Of a stretch of DNA of 64,000 bases, positions 61,948-64,000 are shown piece after piece. The notes under the pieces are model-generated. The model saw only the letters and a program-made list of their open reading frames with translations, did not search any database and was not told the origin of the DNA. The DNA is from an uncultured Coxiellaceae bacterium (GTDB lineage: Bacteria > Pseudomonadota > Gammaproteobacteria > DSM-16500), in the NCBI GenBank assembly GCA_964555965.1, contig CAZKUQ010000001.1, forward strand, positions 35,669 to 99,668, given 5' to 3'. The translations under genes and the position numbers were made by a program. Within the stretch, counting starts at the first letter, position 1, and each line of letters starts with the position of its first letter.

Positions 61948-63090
61948 GTGAATGTGCTTGTTAATGCAATTTCTATCGTTGAAGGCGGTGGATTAGTTGT
62001 ATTAAAAAATCTTCTGGAAGAAATGAGTAGTTTTGATCAAAAAATAATGTGGTATGTGGCTGCAACACCTAATACGTTATCCCAACTTTCTCAGTCAAAA
62101 ACAGTGCAAGGTTTATCATATGCTTGGGCAAATAAGTCACCAATTCATCTTTTATATTGGTACGAAGTTGTTTTACCAAACTTAATTCGAAAAAAAAAAA
62201 TAGACATGTGTTTTTCTCAAACCAATTTTTTACCTAGACGTAAATTATCATGCCCATCAGTATTACTTGTACAACATGCGGGATATTTTTCAAAAGAATT
62301 TGAACAATTACATGTTAAAGCGAGTCATAATCCTTTGCATCATTTTATCTGGAAACGAAAAGTTCGATGGGTGCATAGCTCAATCAAACGTGCATCCGCG
62401 GTGACTGTGCAAACCCAAGCGCTTGCTGATGAAATAAAAAAAACAAAAGAAACAAAAGAAACAAAAGAAAAGATATGGGTGATACCACATGGATCTGGTC
62501 TTTTAAAAAATGTTGAAGGAAAATCTAAAGAATTTCCAAGCGATACTGTCTGGCGCATAGGATATATAACTAAATATGGTGTTCAAAAAGATTTTTCCAG
62601 TGCTTTTCAAGCGATTAAATTATTAAAAGATGCTGGAATTCCTATCAAACTTGTTTTGACATTAGGTACAGATAATGCAGCTTTTTCCAATATTTTATCG
62701 CAAATTAATTATTATCAAATTGAAGATTTGATAGAAAATCATGGTGAAATATCTGATCCGAATACGCTTAAGAAATTATATAACTCATTGCATATTTTTA
62801 TTTTTCCATCTTTATGTGAATCTTTTGGTTTTACCTTAGTTGAAGCGATGGCATCTGCATTACCAGTTATTGTTTCAAATACAAAAAGTAATTGTGAAGT
62901 TGCGGGAATAGCCAAACAAACATTTAAATCAGAAAATGCTAATGAACTAGCAGATCAAATTTCTATGTTGATTGAAAATAGAGAATTATATATAGCTGCC
63001 TCTAAAAATAGTTTTGAAAGATCGCAAGCATTTTCTTGGAAACATGCCGCTAAAGATATTTTAGATGTTATGTATCGTCTAAGAGGGTAG
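61948..63090 (+). CDS. GT4-family glycosyltransferase
   Basis: FPSLCESFGFTLVEAMASALPVIVSN (EX7E region). GTG start. Contains an A11 tract and a 9-bp triplicated repeat. Confidence 0.65.
   Translation: MNVLVNAISIVEGGGLVVLKNLLEEMSSFDQKIMWYVAATPNTLSQLSQSKTVQGLSYAWANKSPIHLLYWYEVVLPNLIRKKKIDMCFSQTNFLPRRKLSCPSVLLVQHAGYFSKEFEQLHVKASHNPLHHFIWKRKVRWVHSSIKRASAVTVQTQALADEIKKTKETKETKEKIWVIPHGSGLLKNVEGKSKEFPSDTVWRIGYITKYGVQKDFSSAFQAIKLLKDAGIPIKLVLTLGTDNAAFSNILSQINYYQIEDLIENHGEISDPNTLKKLYNSLHIFIFPSLCESFGFTLVEAMASALPVIVSNTKSNCEVAGIAKQTFKSENANELADQISMLIENRELYIAASKNSFERSQAFSWKHAAKDILDVMYRLRG
62443..62469 (+). repeat. Three tandem copies of the 9-bp unit ACAAAAGAA (encodes the TKETKETKE part of KKTKETKETKEK)
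   Basis: Direct read. C residues at 62444, 62453 and 62462 mark the 9-nt period. The repeat is in frame. Confidence 0.9.
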
Positions 63091-63115
63091 TCATATTGAT
63101 TTTTTAAGGTTTATT

Positions 63116-64000
63116 ATGCCAGATTTTAAAAAAGAAAATTATAAATGGGACGAAAATCTAACCGAAGATGAATTGGACCATTTTTTATCGAAATATCATG
63201 GTCACCCACTTCAATCAGCTAAGTGGGGTAATTCTAAAAAATTATCTACTGGCATAAAAGATCATCGATGGGCTGCCTTAAAAAATGGATTACCAGTATT
63301 TATTGCTCGGTTTGAAGAAAGAAGTATTTTTAAATTCTTTAAAGTTGCCTGGTGTCCGAAAGGGCCACTTGTTATCGATAAGGTTAATGAATCGACTTTA
63401 CATGAAGAATTTTTGCAGCGATTAAAAAAGAAGGGTTTTATTATTTGTGCTACAAATCCATGGGAAAAAATTGAATTAGTTAGCCAATCACGTTCCGTAT
63501 TTTATACGGTATGGGTGGATTTGACTCTTCAAAAAGAAAAACTCTGGGAAAATTTACATAAAAAATGTCGATCTGATATAAAACGAGCAAAAAAGTTAGG
63601 TGTTGTCATAGAAAAGTCAGAATCACTTGATGATCTTCGTTCTTTTTATAAAATTTGTGAGTCAATTAGCAAATCAAAAGGGTTTAATTTAGGCAGCTCA
63701 TTACAATTAATGATGAATTTGATATCTAACTTACATCAAGAACATGTTGAATCTTCATTGTTTGTAGCTCGATATGAAGGAAATTTATGTGGCGGGGCTT
63801 TTATAATGCGATGTGGAAAAAGTATTCATTATTTATGGGGAGGAGTGAATCGAGAATTTTCTCATTTGTGTATTGGCGAAGCACTGCAATGGGAAATAAT
63901 TGAATGGGGATTAAGCAAAAATTGTACCAAGTATGATTTAGAAGGAATATCAGCAAAGCAAAACGGTGGTGTTGATAAATTTAAAAAGAAATTTGGTGGT
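63116..64000 (+). CDS. FemAB-family (aminoacyl-tRNA-dependent peptidyltransferase-like) protein, 3'-truncated by the window end
   Basis: Not in the ORF track because no stop is reached. My manual translation from ATG 63116 gives 295 codons without a stop: MPDFKKENYKWDENL...HPLQSAKWG...VAWCPKGP...HYLWGGVNREF...YDLEGI...FKKKFGG. This pattern is typical of FemAB-like proteins. Confidence 0.6.
   Translation, partial: MPDFKKENYKWDENLTEDELDHFLSKYHGHPLQSAKWGNSKKLSTGIKDHRWAALKNGLPVFIARFEERSIFKFFKVAWCPKGPLVIDKVNESTLHEEFLQRLKKKGFIICATNPWEKIELVSQSRSVFYTVWVDLTLQKEKLWENLHKKCRSDIKRAKKLGVVIEKSESLDDLRSFYKICESISKSKGFNLGSSLQLMMNLISNLHQEHVESSLFVARYEGNLCGGAFIMRCGKSIHYLWGGVNREFSHLCIGEALQWEIIEWGLSKNCTKYDLEGISAKQNGGVDKFKKKFGG

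Noticed and set aside
62443-62469. The short tandem repeat as a CRISPR-like or regulatory array
   Set aside because: The 9-bp units are directly adjacent with no spacers and lie in frame inside a glycosyltransferase ORF. This is a simple coding microsatellite.

Overview
AT-rich Gram-negative chromosomal segment, probably a Legionellales-like gammaproteobacterium (tentative). It is almost entirely a surface-polysaccharide (LPS O-antigen or capsule type) locus. All annotation rests on motif recognition in the supplied translations; no database search was run. Layout: (i) 329-2325, minus strand, FkbM-type methyltransferase and an LhgO-like flavoenzyme. (ii) 2470-8203, rfaH, a WbpM/PglF-type membrane dehydratase, a small beta-barrel OMP, a GT2 and an O-antigen-ligase-family protein. 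(iii) 8239-11435, minus strand, a GtrA / GT2 / GT-C trio. (iv) Two sigma70-like promoters, each followed by an RfaH ops element (11/12 match at 11620, exact GGCGGTAGCGTG at 14576). (v) From 14624 to the window end, about 50 kb of co-directional genes with no gap above 65 bp. This array holds an MsbA/PglK-like ABC exporter, two paralogous amidotransferase-HisH-HisF triads, a pseudaminic acid block (pseB/pseC/pseI) and an orphan block at 32059-38620 (aldolase, KdsB-like cytidylyltransferase, DHQS-like enzyme, SIS protein, cyclase). It also holds a carrier-protein/adenylase/aminotransferase acylation module, a full legionaminic acid block (legB/C/F/G/I/H, ptmE), four GT4 glycosyltransferases, an L-hexosamine half-pathway, two NodB deacetylases and a truncated FemAB-like gene. 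I saw no tRNA, rRNA, CRISPR array, transposase or integrase. The best candidates for undescribed biology are the 32-38.6 kb orphan sugar pathway and the 39.9-45.8 kb carrier-protein module.
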